Source: Monocercomonoides exilis PA203
Lineage: Eukaryota > Protista > Preaxostyla
DNA length: 64,000 nt
Direction of reading: 5' to 3'
Assembly (NCBI GenBank): GCA_001643675.2
Contig: LSRY02000022.1
Span: 930,001-994,000, forward strand
Positions 63,822 through 64,000 of this stretch are shown one piece after another. Position 1 is the stretch's first letter; each line of letters opens with the position of its first letter. Under the pieces are notes generated by a model that searched no databases, had not been told where the DNA came from, and worked only from the letters and a program-made list of their open reading frames with translations. Position numbers and translations under genes: made by a program.

Positions 63822-64000
63822 TTATTTCTTTATCAAGATTTTTTTCATTCCGTGAGAAAATATGTTCTATTTTTTCCTATTTCTTATAAAAACATAATTA
63901 TGAAATTTTTTATCCGAATTAATAGTAAAAAAATGTTCTTCGAGAAAACAAAAGATTTCTCAAAATTTCGGAATTGAATTCTTTTTATTTATCACGTGGC

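Noticed and set aside
1-64000. Genome-wide stop-codon reassignment or selenocysteine to explain in-frame stops
   Set aside because: Intact genes end in TGA (1059, 1881), TAA (18470, 50250) and TAG (26957) and have no internal stops. The broken genes contain all three stop types, plus MITE insertions or frameshifts.
1-64000. CRISPR arrays, rRNA, tRNA, telomeric repeats
   Set aside because: No repeat-spacer periodicity or recognisable structural-RNA or telomere motifs seen by eye. A covariance-model search was not possible.

Overview
AT-rich eukaryotic DNA with short GT-AG introns. Gene families, codon style and Ser/Glu low complexity suggest the oxymonad Monocercomonoides or a close relative (inference). 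Host content: an intact 4-exon VPS26 (retromer), an intact type-I membrane beta-helix-like protein, a giant coiled-coil/poly-Ser gene, three copies of an expanded ~440-aa helical family with conserved intron positions, and several long pseudogenes. Much of the window is nested mobile DNA: a decayed DIRS-like retrotransposon (gag-RT-RNaseH-adenine MTase-tyrosine recombinase), a near-intact intron-containing pogo-like DD35D transposon, related (T)GGGT-ended MITEs and a foldback, an internally deleted hAT element with 8-bp TSD, a Merlin/ISXO2 transposase relic, and two ~360-bp hairpins. The most notable structure is a pair of ~5.5-kb cargo-filled, TIR-bounded elements of different superfamilies (pogo-type 28321-33829; hAT 56830-62433). 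Each keeps at most a stub of transposase, and both carry the same intron-flanked gene fragment: a candidate Pack-type gene-capture system. Three insertions are supported because excising them in silico restores the interrupted reading frame. All alignments were done by eye; no searches were run.
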